Made by a program: the position numbers and the translations under genes. 64,000 nt of DNA from IMG/VR virus record IMGVR_UViG_3300028805_000043. One strand, written 5' to 3'. The notes under the pieces are model-generated. The model was not told the DNA's origin and did no database searches. It saw only the letters and a list, made by a program, of their open reading frames with translations. This document shows positions 31,639 to 42,605 of this stretch, piece after piece; position 1 is the first letter of the stretch, and every line of letters starts with the position of its first letter. Source of the stretch: a virus (Duplodnaviria; Caudoviricetes).

Positions 31639-33405
31639 ATGTCAGATATACAAAGTATAACATCACAAACTCAAATATCTAATTCAGTTCAACCTGGTGT
31701 TAATAAAGATAATGGTAATTCAAAACAAAATGAACAAACTCCTAATCAACAAGAATCTGTAGGAAAAGAAAAAAATTATACAGATCCTAAAGTTTGTCAT
31801 GACCCATCAATATCATTAGAAAGTATTGCTAGAAAGTATACAGATCAAAATAAGGTAATGATGGAAAATGGAGAAGATATATCAGCAAATAATATGTATG
31901 ATGCTACATTAATTGATGGTATTGAATATCCATTAGTTGTAATTAACAATCGTAATATTGAGAATAATGAAATTATTAGTATGACAATTAACTATAATTC
32001 ATTTTTACCAACAATATATATTAAAGTTTGGGATGAACATGAAAATGAACAAAAGTTAAATACTACACAAATGAGTGGTTTAATAAGAGTTTGTATGATT
32101 TCTCCAGTTGATAAAGTATATAAAAAAATATTATTGAATTTTAAAATAACAAACGTAATGTTAGATGAATATGATCCTGCATATGTTAGTTATTCTGGAG
32201 AATATTTTGTTGAAGGATTTAAACAGACTAACATAGGTCATATATGGATGCCAACACCTTGTCCTAAAGCAATAACATGTCAGCAAGGTGGTCATATTAA
32301 TGCAAATACTTGGGAAATGCTTCATGAAATTGCTGGAAGAATTGGTTTAGGATTTGCAGCCACAAAAAAGACAAAAGAAATTGAAGACCGAATTGTTAGA
32401 AACATATTTAGTCAAAGATATGACCAATATATTAAACAACAATTAGAATATTCGGGATTAGGCGAAGAAAATATTTTTGATGCATGGGTAGATCTTTATG
32501 GTTATATTGTTTTAGTTAATGTCAAATGGGTAATGGATGAAGATATATTATCAACTGACTTAACAATTAATCATAATGTTGGAATACATGCTACATCAAA
32601 TGATTTAATGGAACAAGAGCCTGAAGAAACAGAACGTACATTATCAAATTATAACTATATGGGAGCTAAATCAAATGCAGAAATTGAATCATATAAAGTT
32701 GATGTTGATAATGAATCTGTAAATAGGGGAACATTAGAAAAGATATATACGCAAAATATAGGAGGTACAAAAACAATTATTAATGAAATGGATATCCAAT
32801 CAAAACAAGATTCTGTTGATGGTGATTTCTTAGAAGATTATAATACTGGTAAAAATAGACCTATACCTGTATTTAATTTTAATGATGATGCCTATACAGG
32901 ATTAAGCGGAGGATATAATATAGATGAACAAAAGAAAATTAGAAAAGCATATTTTAAAAAGAAACGTCAATCAGTTTTACATGTCAATTTAAGACATCCA
33001 AATTTTGGATTACAGCGTGGTACATTAGTTAATATATCAATATTTGAAAATGACCCTATAAATAAACAAATAATGTATGACAATACATCTAATCTTTCAA
33101 GAAATGATACAGATATAGATGCAGATGTACATGATTTACCTGATGAAATTAACCAAAAAGACACAATGATGGATGAAAGTGTTTATATGCCTAACTTAAA
33201 ACTTTCAGGTCTTTATTATATCGATGGAATGAAATTTATTTATGATAGAAATAAAGGTTCTATTGTTCAATCATTACAATTATTAAAGAAAGGAAAAACT
33301 TCAGGATATCACAATAAACATAATGCTGTACGTTGGCCAATACATAATGGTAAAGTTACAGTTCCACAATCACCAAAAATATTAAATTCAGAAACAGTAA
33401 TATAA
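31639..33405 (+). CDS. Putative baseplate hub/tail protein
   Basis: Follows the gp53-like gene; C-terminal LSGLYYIDG motif. Confidence 0.45.
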   Translation: MSDIQSITSQTQISNSVQPGVNKDNGNSKQNEQTPNQQESVGKEKNYTDPKVCHDPSISLESIARKYTDQNKVMMENGEDISANNMYDATLIDGIEYPLVVINNRNIENNEIISMTINYNSFLPTIYIKVWDEHENEQKLNTTQMSGLIRVCMISPVDKVYKKILLNFKITNVMLDEYDPAYVSYSGEYFVEGFKQTNIGHIWMPTPCPKAITCQQGGHINANTWEMLHEIAGRIGLGFAATKKTKEIEDRIVRNIFSQRYDQYIKQQLEYSGLGEENIFDAWVDLYGYIVLVNVKWVMDEDILSTDLTINHNVGIHATSNDLMEQEPEETERTLSNYNYMGAKSNAEIESYKVDVDNESVNRGTLEKIYTQNIGGTKTIINEMDIQSKQDSVDGDFLEDYNTGKNRPIPVFNFNDDAYTGLSGGYNIDEQKKIRKAYFKKKRQSVLHVNLRHPNFGLQRGTLVNISIFENDPINKQIMYDNTSNLSRNDTDIDADVHDLPDEINQKDTMMDESVYMPNLKLSGLYYIDGMKFIYDRNKGSIVQSLQLLKKGKTSGYHNKHNAVRWPIHNGKVTVPQSPKILNSETVI

Positions 33406-33406
33406 T

Positions 33407-34531
33407 ATGAGATCTTATGGTAATGTAATAACAAGATATGATGATATGCTATATGATTCACGCCCTGTTACATTTAATGAATATATGTCAGATAAATATA
33501 ATAGAGTTCATAATGAATTGTATAATAATGCATTAAATAAATTTTATGAAGAATATATTGATGATTTAATGACACCAGAATTTTTTTATGAATTCTTTCA
33601 ATTGATGTCTATTAACTCAGAATCATTCGATAGTTTCTTTCAATTATATAAAGCTAAAAATGAAGAACATTTATTAAAAACAATAACTAATAAATTATCT
33701 ATTAACACTAAAGATTTTTTCAAACTTATATTTGAAAAAACAAATGAATTATTAGATGATATTAATAAAGAATTAACATTAATTGATAATGATTCATCAA
33801 AATATTTTGATCATATTACTGTATTTGAAGATTTTAGAGTTACTTATGCATTAAATAACATATATCTTGAACAAGAACAACCAGATGAAACTGATAAAGA
33901 GTTCTTAACATATTTATATAAAAAAGATTCAGAAAATAATACTTATACATATATTGAAGAAAACTTTTTTATGTCTGAATTAGAAGACTATGTTATTGTT
34001 TTAGAATCTGAATTGGGATCAAAAATAGCATATAATAAAAATGGAGAATGGTTCTTAATATTAGATGGTGCTAAATATAATACTGCTGAAAGTAAATTTT
34101 ATATTATAAATTTTATTAATGAAAAAAATACAGAATTAATAAAATATATAAAACATATTTGTGTTGAACAATATAAATTACACCATAGAGTAGTAGAAAT
34201 AAAAAATAACGAATATTGGCAACCTTCATCTATTATAGTTATTTCTGATGTTAGACCTTATAAGAAAGAGATTATTGATTTGGATAACTATTGGAATATG
34301 AGTCAGGGTTATGAAGATTTAAATGTCCAAGATATTAAAGTAACTAATGAAAATTTAAATGATGTAGAATTAATTGGTATTAATTATATAAATGGTAAAG
34401 CTAAAGTTCGTTCAAGAATGAATGACTTAGAATATGAAGTACCATTTAAATATCTAAATGGAGACATTAGTATAAGTGAAGATATGACATTAAATAATAC
34501 ATTTATAAATAAATCAAAAACAAATAAATAA
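33407..34531 (+). CDS. Hypothetical protein
   Basis: 374-aa ORF in the structural operon. Confidence 0.7.
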   Translation: MRSYGNVITRYDDMLYDSRPVTFNEYMSDKYNRVHNELYNNALNKFYEEYIDDLMTPEFFYEFFQLMSINSESFDSFFQLYKAKNEEHLLKTITNKLSINTKDFFKLIFEKTNELLDDINKELTLIDNDSSKYFDHITVFEDFRVTYALNNIYLEQEQPDETDKEFLTYLYKKDSENNTYTYIEENFFMSELEDYVIVLESELGSKIAYNKNGEWFLILDGAKYNTAESKFYIINFINEKNTELIKYIKHICVEQYKLHHRVVEIKNNEYWQPSSIIVISDVRPYKKEIIDLDNYWNMSQGYEDLNVQDIKVTNENLNDVELIGINYINGKAKVRSRMNDLEYEVPFKYLNGDISISEDMTLNNTFINKSKTNK

Positions 34532-36891
34532 TGGGATTATTGGGTAAATTAGGCGGTGTAGCTAAAGAAGCAGGTAGAGGCGCTTTAGTTAATGGCGTAT
34601 TAGGTATAACTGGTAATTCCAGTATGACAGGACAGGTTCAATATCCAGAATATGAATATGATGCAAATGGACATATAAAAGGAGTTAGTTCAAAATATGC
34701 CATACAAATTGCTAATACATATTCTGGTGGTGGAACATCAATAGATGGTGTTGATGGTAAATTTGGTGGTTTAGGAGCATCTACATCAGTAAGAACAAAA
34801 AATTTAGCAGCACAAGGTACAAGTTATCCTGCTAAATTCATGGATTCAGATGCAGCTGCAAAATTATCAAAAATACAAGAACCACCACTTCCACAATATA
34901 AAGAAGAAAAAGAAGGAGATTTTGTTACATCAATTAATAATATGAGTGCGGCAGCTCAATATGATAATGCTGTAGCAAAATCAATAGAAGATAGAAAGAA
35001 AGTTGGATCCACTTATGGAATGCTTTATAATGATGTATCAGTTAGAAGTAATAAAAATTCACCAGATAATAAAATTAATGATGAACATAATTCTGATATA
35101 TATTCGTTAAAGCTTCCAGATTGGACATATGCTGATTTTATTAATGAACGTGCTATTTGGCAAAAAGGTTTATCATCTGCATTAGATGAACCAGGTTGGT
35201 TTTATTTTAAGATATTTTTTAACTTTAATACAAACCATGGATTGTTTGGTGGTATTTTAAATTCAGAAAAATTTACGCAAGCAACAAATAGTGCTGCTAA
35301 ATATTTATATACAATAAATAAGAATCATAGACAAATAAAAGCAAAAGATCGTATTAATGCATTACACAAGTTTACTTCAATACTTTCATTTATATCAGAT
35401 AATGCACCATGGTATTTTAAAGAAGTAAAAGGTTTGAATAATGCAGTATCATCAGTTATTAATGATTTTAGTAAAGAAAGATCTATTGAAATAGGAGTTA
35501 CACAAGATGCTATAGACATGCGTTTATCTACATTAATGTCTTTATATAATTATGCATGTTTTGATAATATGCTTAATAAAGAAGTAGTACCTGAAAATCT
35601 TAGAAAGTTTGATATGACTATAATTATATTTCAAACTCCATTAAGATATTTACATACATCATTTACATCTAATAAAAAAATGGAATTTATGGGGGTTGAT
35701 GTTGGTGCTGTCATTGATGAAGTAGGAGGCATATTTGGAAAAAAGAAAAAAGGAAAACTTGGCACAAGATATAAAAGTATGACACCTACAAATGGTGATT
35801 CACAGAATTTTGGAGATCTTATGTCAATGAAAATATATAGTTTTACGGGTTGTGAGTTTGATATGGAATCATTTGCTAGTATTATACCTGGTCAAATGAC
35901 AAATGAAAATCCATTTCAATTAGGTAATAGTTCAATTAAAATTAAATTCACAAAATGCATAGAGCATACTATGAATGAATTTTATGGAATTATGTGGGGT
36001 GCTGATGGTTTTTATTTCAATCAATATAATAACTTTCAATTGGCAGATAGTTCTTTTAATGGCTATGTACACAAAGAAAATTCAGGATGGGAAAAACAAC
36101 AAGAAAGATATCAAGCTCTTAAAGATACATTAGATGACTTAACACAAGGAGGTACAATATTAGGTTTAATAGATTCTCCTAAATCATATAAGAAAGCAAT
36201 TGATGCAACTGAAGCTGTTATGAATGGATTATTTGATAATGGTGGTATGCTTAAAGGATTAGCTACTAATTTTGCTTTAGGTTTATTAGGATCATCATTA
36301 AACACTCAAGCACCACAAGGTAATATATATGGAGATGTTGGAATTGGATCTGCATATTTTAAAGATAAAGTTGAAATGTTAAAAAATGGTGTTCATGAAC
36401 GAACAATGGCTCCTTATTATTATGATCCAGATACTGGAGTAAGAAGAGACTTACATGTTGATAAAGATTATTCTTCTTTAGATTACAAAAACCTAAAAAC
36501 ACAAGTTAGTAATTTTAATTTAAATAATTTCTTACAAACAAATACTCAAAAGTTTGCATCAAAAATTAATGACAAAGTTCGTGAAGGTGTAGATAAATTA
36601 TTTGGATATAATAATGACTTCACTGAAAAACCTTATAGAGCTAATCCTTATAATTCAGAAAATGCAGCCAATATGGATGCAAAAAGATTTGAAGGCATAG
36701 GTAAAAGCCATCTTATGGTTGATGATCCAAATATACATACATATGTAACTGCACCATTTAATTATGATTCTACAGAAGCAGTTAATTATGAAAATAGTAA
36801 AGCTGGTGGAAAATATAAATCACAAGATATGGTTGATAACACAAAAAATAATCCACCACATCAATTTACTGTACCACCATATAAAATATAA
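34531..36891 (+). CDS. Putative tail/baseplate structural protein
   Basis: 786 aa; VPENLRKFDMTI..FTGCEFD region reminiscent of tail-tube-like folds. Confidence 0.45.
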   Translation: MGLLGKLGGVAKEAGRGALVNGVLGITGNSSMTGQVQYPEYEYDANGHIKGVSSKYAIQIANTYSGGGTSIDGVDGKFGGLGASTSVRTKNLAAQGTSYPAKFMDSDAAAKLSKIQEPPLPQYKEEKEGDFVTSINNMSAAAQYDNAVAKSIEDRKKVGSTYGMLYNDVSVRSNKNSPDNKINDEHNSDIYSLKLPDWTYADFINERAIWQKGLSSALDEPGWFYFKIFFNFNTNHGLFGGILNSEKFTQATNSAAKYLYTINKNHRQIKAKDRINALHKFTSILSFISDNAPWYFKEVKGLNNAVSSVINDFSKERSIEIGVTQDAIDMRLSTLMSLYNYACFDNMLNKEVVPENLRKFDMTIIIFQTPLRYLHTSFTSNKKMEFMGVDVGAVIDEVGGIFGKKKKGKLGTRYKSMTPTNGDSQNFGDLMSMKIYSFTGCEFDMESFASIIPGQMTNENPFQLGNSSIKIKFTKCIEHTMNEFYGIMWGADGFYFNQYNNFQLADSSFNGYVHKENSGWEKQQERYQALKDTLDDLTQGGTILGLIDSPKSYKKAIDATEAVMNGLFDNGGMLKGLATNFALGLLGSSLNTQAPQGNIYGDVGIGSAYFKDKVEMLKNGVHERTMAPYYYDPDTGVRRDLHVDKDYSSLDYKNLKTQVSNFNLNNFLQTNTQKFASKINDKVREGVDKLFGYNNDFTEKPYRANPYNSENAANMDAKRFEGIGKSHLMVDDPNIHTYVTAPFNYDSTEAVNYENSKAGGKYKSQDMVDNTKNNPPHQFTVPPYKI

Positions 36892-36915
36892 GAACTGTAC
36901 CAAAGTACAGTTCTT
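36890..36915. terminator. Bidirectional terminator
   Basis: AAGAACTGTAC-CAAA-GTACAGTTCTT between convergent genes. Confidence 0.8.
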
Positions 36916-37169
36916 TAATTTGATTTATTAATAGATTTTGTCAATTGATATAATAGTCCATCATTATCTGTTAGCCAAATTGAACCAGCTCCTTGTAAAT
37001 CATTTCCATTATTATCTTGAGGAATTGATATTATAAAAGCATTAGTAATACCAATTGATAAATTTTCAGTTCTATATTTTTCTAACGTTTCTTCAGTTAT
37101 ATTTGTTACTACTGGTTTAAATAACTGACCCATCGTATTATTTAAATTACCTATTTTACTCATGTTCAA
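36915..37169 (-). CDS. Hypothetical protein
   Basis: 84-aa ORF overlapping the upstream gene. Confidence 0.6.
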   Translation of the reverse strand: MNMSKIGNLNNTMGQLFKPVVTNITEETLEKYRTENLSIGITNAFIISIPQDNNGNDLQGAGSIWLTDNDGLLYQLTKSINKSN

Positions 37170-38289
37170 CTTTATATTTTTTTAATGCTATAGCATATGT
37201 TACTCCAGTGTCTAAATGATTAACATATATTGAATTTGTTAAACTATCATATTCAACTGAAATATTTTCTTGGTGATTAATTACATTTATTAATTGTTTT
37301 AATGAATCATATTTTAATATGTAATTATCATTTTTATCTCCATTATCATATTTAATACGTTTTAATATATCCTCAATATCAGTTTCATCTAAAACACCAT
37401 CTTCATTACTATCAAATTTTTTAATTAGTTCATCTAAGTTATCTAATGGAATTAATTCTTTTTCTTTATTATCAGATATTGATTCTATAAATTCATTATA
37501 ATCATCATTTTTATTATTCATGATTGATCCTTTTTCAACATGATCTGAAGTATAATCTTTATTTAATAAATTCGTATCCATACCATAAGCAATAATAACT
37601 TTATCTGTAGGTATTTCTGTACGTTCATTAATTAATGGATAATTTGTACATACTTTAATAGATAATGTTATATTACGTTGATTAGGCTCTGCAGATGTCA
37701 TATCTATTTTATTAATTTCTGGATTAACATCACCTGGAAATTCAATTGAACACTGTATGATTTGTCCAAGATAACTTATATTAAAATATTGTTGAAATAT
37801 AATCTTATCAACTAATTCTTGTAGTAATATAAGTGTTTCATTAAAATTTGATAAATAATATTTCAAATTTAAATTCATTTCAATTGGAAGCCTACGAATT
37901 TCTGCATTATATCCACATAGCATATTTCCTGAACGTCTTTCATAATTACCTCTTGCATATGGAGATGATAATTCTTCTGTTGGAAAATTAATATCAGATA
38001 TTTCTACAATACATCTTGGTAATGTCATATATAATGTATCTTCTCCAGTTGTTTCAGACATATTAAATTCATATCCATTTGATTCCATATATAAATAAGA
38101 AGAACCAGTATTGAATATGAAATGATTTATAGATTCATTATATAATACAATGTTTCTATTAAGCCAAGATAATAAGCCTTTTACAACAATTGAAAAGAAA
38201 CGTTCATCTCTATTATAAAGATCATCAAATTTTTTTGTATTCCATGGTCTTATCCAAGGTTCTTTATCTCTATTAAAAACATTATTCAT
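37156..38289 (-). CDS. Tail terminator/sheath stabiliser (T4 gp15-like) with EF-hand-like insert
   Basis: LPRCIV...P..MNLNL...LILLQEL pattern; FDSNEDGVLDETDI. Confidence 0.5.
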   Translation of the reverse strand: MNNVFNRDKEPWIRPWNTKKFDDLYNRDERFFSIVVKGLLSWLNRNIVLYNESINHFIFNTGSSYLYMESNGYEFNMSETTGEDTLYMTLPRCIVEISDINFPTEELSSPYARGNYERRSGNMLCGYNAEIRRLPIEMNLNLKYYLSNFNETLILLQELVDKIIFQQYFNISYLGQIIQCSIEFPGDVNPEINKIDMTSAEPNQRNITLSIKVCTNYPLINERTEIPTDKVIIAYGMDTNLLNKDYTSDHVEKGSIMNNKNDDYNEFIESISDNKEKELIPLDNLDELIKKFDSNEDGVLDETDIEDILKRIKYDNGDKNDNYILKYDSLKQLINVINHQENISVEYDSLTNSIYVNHLDTGVTYAIALKKYKVEHE

Positions 38290-38362
38290 TTTAATATTTA
38301 ATATTACTATATTTAAAAATAATTTGATATTTTTATTTATAAAGATTTATTGATAATATATT

Positions 38363-38731
38363 ATGACAATAGTAGACATTAATGATATTGAAGATTTAAT
38401 ATTAGCTAAACATGAAATAGATTTAATATTAAATGAAATGGGTGAATTGGAAGGCCGTAGTAATTTACAAGATTTTATGATAGAATATGCAAATCCTGAT
38501 TATATATATTTAATTAAAGATCAACAAATTCCTTTTAAATATATTAAATTAAAAGATAAAGATTTTCTATTTTTAACTAATAATGATGAAAATTCAATTA
38601 ATATATTAAAAACAAAACTAAAGTTTTTAAAATATGATTTAGATAATTTAGTACAATTATCAAAAAATGAATTAGCTACAAAAATTGATATGGACAATGT
38701 TATAATTCATGATAATAATTACTATATGTAA
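38363..38731 (+). CDS. Hypothetical protein
   Basis: 122-aa ORF. Confidence 0.6.
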   Translation: MTIVDINDIEDLILAKHEIDLILNEMGELEGRSNLQDFMIEYANPDYIYLIKDQQIPFKYIKLKDKDFLFLTNNDENSINILKTKLKFLKYDLDNLVQLSKNELATKIDMDNVIIHDNNYYM

Positions 38732-38737
38732 TAAATG

Positions 38738-38823
38738 ACTTAGAGGTCATCTAAAGCTAATAAAATCTTATATAATAAAATTATTCAGATTTATATATTA
38801 TGAGCTTTAGATGACCTCTAAGT
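38738..38823. repeat. 21-bp perfect inverted repeat with 44-nt spacer
   Basis: ACTTAGAGGTCATCTAAAGCT / AGCTTTAGATGACCTCTAAGT. Confidence 0.9.
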
Positions 38824-38874
38824 ATTATCTAGAACGATTTTTAATTTAATTTAAATATTAAATTTTGTTAAAAA

Positions 38875-39279
38875 TTATTCTTTATTTTTATCTTTATCGT
38901 CTTCTTTAGTTTTCTTGTCTTTATCTTCATCATCTCCGCCTTGAATTTCATCAATAGCATCATTCATTTCACCAACTTTTGTTTCAAATGATTTTGTTTT
39001 TTGTGCATATTGTTCATCATTTGTACGTTTTGTTGAATTACGAATTGTTTGACAGAATTGTTGAAGAATATCTTGTGCAGTACCTATTTTTTCAACATTA
39101 TCTTTATTAATAGTTAATGTTACTTTTTTATCATCAACAGAAATACCTTCCATTGATTCTAATGATTTAATAGTTTCTTCTGCATTTTCTAAATCAGTAA
39201 AATCAAAAGTTACTGTTTTTGATTCAACAGCTTCATTTAATTGAGCCTGTTCATTAATGTAATCTTGTAAATGTTTCAT
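38875..39279 (-). CDS. Hypothetical protein (possible head-internal protein)
   Basis: MKHLQDYINE..LNEA N-terminus resembling T4-like prohead-protease-processed proteins (inference). Confidence 0.6.
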   Translation of the reverse strand: MKHLQDYINEQAQLNEAVESKTVTFDFTDLENAEETIKSLESMEGISVDDKKVTLTINKDNVEKIGTAQDILQQFCQTIRNSTKRTNDEQYAQKTKSFETKVGEMNDAIDEIQGGDDEDKDKKTKEDDKDKNKE

Positions 39280-39303
39280 ATTTTATTTCTTTATTTTTCT
39301 AAT

Positions 39304-39615
39304 TTATAAATATGTTGCTAGATTAGCTTTAAATATAACAATAAATCCTGCATCGCCTTGATATACTATGGCTTCTTTATCACCGCGTTTTTTAATTTGT
39401 TCAATTATATCTTTACAATCTTCTTCCATCCAATCATCTCTATCTTTCCAAGGTGTACTAAATAAAGCTTTGCAAAGAAATTTTTCATCATTAATTTGTG
39501 ATAATTTAACCCACTTAACATCAGAGTTTTCTCCAGGTATAGCATGTATTATTACATATTGGTCATTATCATAATCTTGTCTAGCTTCACTAATAATTTC
39601 AGTAAGATTTTTCAT
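39304..39615 (-). CDS. Hypothetical protein
   Basis: MKNLTEIISEA N-terminus. Confidence 0.6.
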   Translation of the reverse strand: MKNLTEIISEARQDYDNDQYVIIHAIPGENSDVKWVKLSQINDEKFLCKALFSTPWKDRDDWMEEDCKDIIEQIKKRGDKEAIVYQGDAGFIVIFKANLATYL

Positions 39616-39845
39616 TATTCGTATCTATTATTTTTATGTTTATCTTTTCTATTATATTTAGATCTATCTCTAAATGTATGATTATATGAAATTGGTTTTC
39701 CGTGAGCTTCTATTTCATCTTCACGTGAACCTCTTTTAAATGCTTTCATTCTATCTTTATTTATATCCTTTTTACTTTTAATAACAGTTTCATAAATACC
39801 ATCTTCATCAAGATATTCGTCAAGATAATTAGCAATGTTTTTCAT
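39615..39845 (-). CDS. Small basic protein
   Basis: KRGSREDEI...KYNRKDKHK basic tail. Confidence 0.65.
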   Translation of the reverse strand: MKNIANYLDEYLDEDGIYETVIKSKKDINKDRMKAFKRGSREDEIEAHGKPISYNHTFRDRSKYNRKDKHKNNRYE

Positions 39846-39867
39846 ATTTTATACTTTATATATTTTG

Positions 39868-40899
39868 TTAAAAATTTAATAATGGAAATATTTCTGCGAA
39901 TTTTTTTCCATATATATAAATTTTATTTTTATTATCTTCAATGTTTCCTTCTTTAACCCATTCCAATACTTTAATATAGTTATTAAGTATTGAATAATTT
40001 GTACACAAACTTGATGTATTATCATTTACTAAATCATCAACATTATCGCATTTGTTTGATGTATCTGATTTACTATGTCTACAGGTATTTTTTGATGAAT
40101 CTAAATTAGATAAATCTATATTTGAATTTAATAAACCTTTTATTAAAATAATTAGTTTATTTAATATATTTTCTTCAATTATATCTTCATCTGTTATAAA
40201 CCATCTACAATAAAAATTATAATCTGATAGCATTTGAATTAACCATTGATATATTGCAGCTTTGTATTTGTCTAAACAAGATGCATTATTAATGTTAATT
40301 AAATCAGTCCCAGTATTAATCAAATTTGAATTTTTGGATGACACACAATTTCCAGTTGTATTACCACATCCACATTGTGTTTCTGATGTTGTAGTTAATT
40401 GAGTATTAAATATTGTATTCATTAACACAGTAGCAGAATCAAATTGTCCATTTGAATAAAAATCAACTACATATTTATATAAATAATCTGTAACATCTAA
40501 ATTATCATATCTATATGATTCTTTAATAATGTTCATAAATGTTACATTAAAATTCTTTAAGTCATCTTCATCCAATTCAATATTTGCTAATTTGTTTAAA
40601 TTAGTGTAATATTTATAATTTTTTGAACATATGTATTCAAATGATAATTCAGAAGAATTTAAATCTATTTCTTTAGTATTTATATATTCATATCTATCAT
40701 CTAAATTATTGATAAATTCTTCTAAATCATTATTTGCTAATAATTCATCTGTAAGTAATATTAGTATTGAATTTTTAAAATTATTTAAATATGATTCTTC
40801 TTCATTATATGAAATAAATGGAATCAATACATAATATTTATATTCATTACTTTTAAATATACTTCCATTTATAGTTGTTAAAAAACCTATATTAGTCAT
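39868..40899 (-). CDS. Hypothetical Cys-containing protein
   Basis: 343-aa ORF. Confidence 0.7.
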   Translation of the reverse strand: MTNIGFLTTINGSIFKSNEYKYYVLIPFISYNEEESYLNNFKNSILILLTDELLANNDLEEFINNLDDRYEYINTKEIDLNSSELSFEYICSKNYKYYTNLNKLANIELDEDDLKNFNVTFMNIIKESYRYDNLDVTDYLYKYVVDFYSNGQFDSATVLMNTIFNTQLTTTSETQCGCGNTTGNCVSSKNSNLINTGTDLININNASCLDKYKAAIYQWLIQMLSDYNFYCRWFITDEDIIEENILNKLIILIKGLLNSNIDLSNLDSSKNTCRHSKSDTSNKCDNVDDLVNDNTSSLCTNYSILNNYIKVLEWVKEGNIEDNKNKIYIYGKKFAEIFPLLNF

Positions 40900-41557
40900 T
40901 ATTTAATATATTAATTTCTTCTTTATTATATTTATCTTCTATTTGCTTAATGGCATCATATTGTGTATTTGAATAAGCTATAGTATCAGTATATATTGGC
41001 ATATCAGAATTTTCTATTAGTTCTTCATATAATGCTTCATTAAATGTTTTAAGATCATTAAAATAATCATTGTTTATTAATGACATTACACGTTCTATTA
41101 AAATTTGTTTCCATTCATCATAATTTAAATCATCTTCATTATATGGTGCAAATCTAATATAAAAATGATCTTTATAATTATCGAAATATTTATTTAATAC
41201 ATTTTTTATATTATTTAATGTAGTTTCATCAAAATCACTATTTAAAATTTCAGCTTCATATTTTCTATGTATGATTTCATCAGCTTCTTTAATATAGTTT
41301 TGTAAATCATCTAATGTATTCCATTCATGTTCATTCAAAAAACTAAGTTTATCATTTTTATATTGATTACTAACATTAATTTTTTTAACAGTAGCAATAT
41401 TATTATAGTTTTGATCTGAGTTTGGATGATTATTCAAAACAATATGTTTGTCATTTCTTCCAAATTTTTTCCTAATAATTTTATAATGTCTTACAATCTT
41501 AGGAATGATATCATTTATCAATAATTGCTCTAAATCGTTTTCAATATGATTATTCAT
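40892..41557 (-). CDS. Hypothetical protein
   Basis: 221-aa ORF. Confidence 0.7.
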   Translation of the reverse strand: MNNHIENDLEQLLINDIIPKIVRHYKIIRKKFGRNDKHIVLNNHPNSDQNYNNIATVKKINVSNQYKNDKLSFLNEHEWNTLDDLQNYIKEADEIIHRKYEAEILNSDFDETTLNNIKNVLNKYFDNYKDHFYIRFAPYNEDDLNYDEWKQILIERVMSLINNDYFNDLKTFNEALYEELIENSDMPIYTDTIAYSNTQYDAIKQIEDKYNKEEINILNND

Positions 41558-41686
41558 AAACTATTAATTTATATATTAAAAATAATTAATAGTTATTAAT
41601 ATATTATTTTTACTAAACAGAATATAAATGATTAATCAACTTAATATTATTTTTATATATAATCATATAGAATATTTATAAATATT

Positions 41687-42172
41687 ATGGCTAATAAAAA
41701 AGTATACTTAAAAACGGTTAATGAAGATCCTTTTGTAGGTGGACAAACAGAAACACAATATATTAATAATGGTGAATCTGATTTTGCAATTGTTTATGAT
41801 GAACATGATCATAAATATAATAATGCAAATATTGCCGGTAAAGTTATTTTTGTCAAAAATGCAAAAAATGCTATTGCAAGAATTAGAGCAACAGGAAATG
41901 ATCCTTCAAAAACATATTCAAGTAATAATACATATTATGATATGTCAAGTGGTGATTCAAAACAAATTAATTTAACATCAAAAATTGGTAATGTTTTCAC
42001 TGGATCTAATAAGTTCCAATGGATGAAAAATAAATTACCTGCAGGTGTTCAAGCAAAATATGCTTCATATTTTAAAGATTCATCTACTGTAACGCCAGCT
42101 AAAAATAATAATGCAATTGCATATTTAAATGCGAATATTGCATATTTAAATGCGAATAATTTTGTTTTATAA
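41687..42172 (+). CDS. Hypothetical protein
   Basis: 161 aa; tandem IAYLNAN repeat at the C-terminus. Confidence 0.65.
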   Translation: MANKKVYLKTVNEDPFVGGQTETQYINNGESDFAIVYDEHDHKYNNANIAGKVIFVKNAKNAIARIRATGNDPSKTYSSNNTYYDMSSGDSKQINLTSKIGNVFTGSNKFQWMKNKLPAGVQAKYASYFKDSSTVTPAKNNNAIAYLNANIAYLNANNFVL

Positions 42173-42180
42173 ATAAGACT

Positions 42181-42210
42181 AAAATGGAACTGCTTAAGCA
42201 GTTCCATTTT
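42181..42210. terminator. Bidirectional terminator
   Basis: AAAATGGAACTGC-TTAA-GCAGTTCCATTTT. Confidence 0.85.
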
Positions 42211-42605
42211 TATTTTATATTATCTAAATCAATTTCATATTGTTGTAAACATTTATTAATTTTATTATAAATACTTTCATCAACATTAACTTTTAATCCA
42301 GTATTTAATATAATTAGATATGTTTCAGTATAAATTGGTTTTTCACCTATTATTTCAACAATATGTTTATTAAGAGCATTTGTATATTTTGATAATTTTT
42401 CATTATCAATATTTTCTCCATATTCAGGTTTATAAAAATCCTCTTCACCAATAATTAACATAGGTGGATCTTTAGCATATTCATTAATTAACTCCTTATA
42501 AGATTCTTCCCATATATTAATTTCATTTTGATTTGAGGTCTTTTCTAATGAATATAAATTTTCAATGTTAATTTTTAAATTATCATTAATTTTTATTATT
42601 TTCAT
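42210..42605 (-). CDS. Hypothetical protein
   Basis: 131-aa ORF, ATGA-coupled. Confidence 0.65.
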   Translation of the reverse strand: MKIIKINDNLKINIENLYSLEKTSNQNEINIWEESYKELINEYAKDPPMLIIGEEDFYKPEYGENIDNEKLSKYTNALNKHIVEIIGEKPIYTETYLIILNTGLKVNVDESIYNKINKCLQQYEIDLDNIK

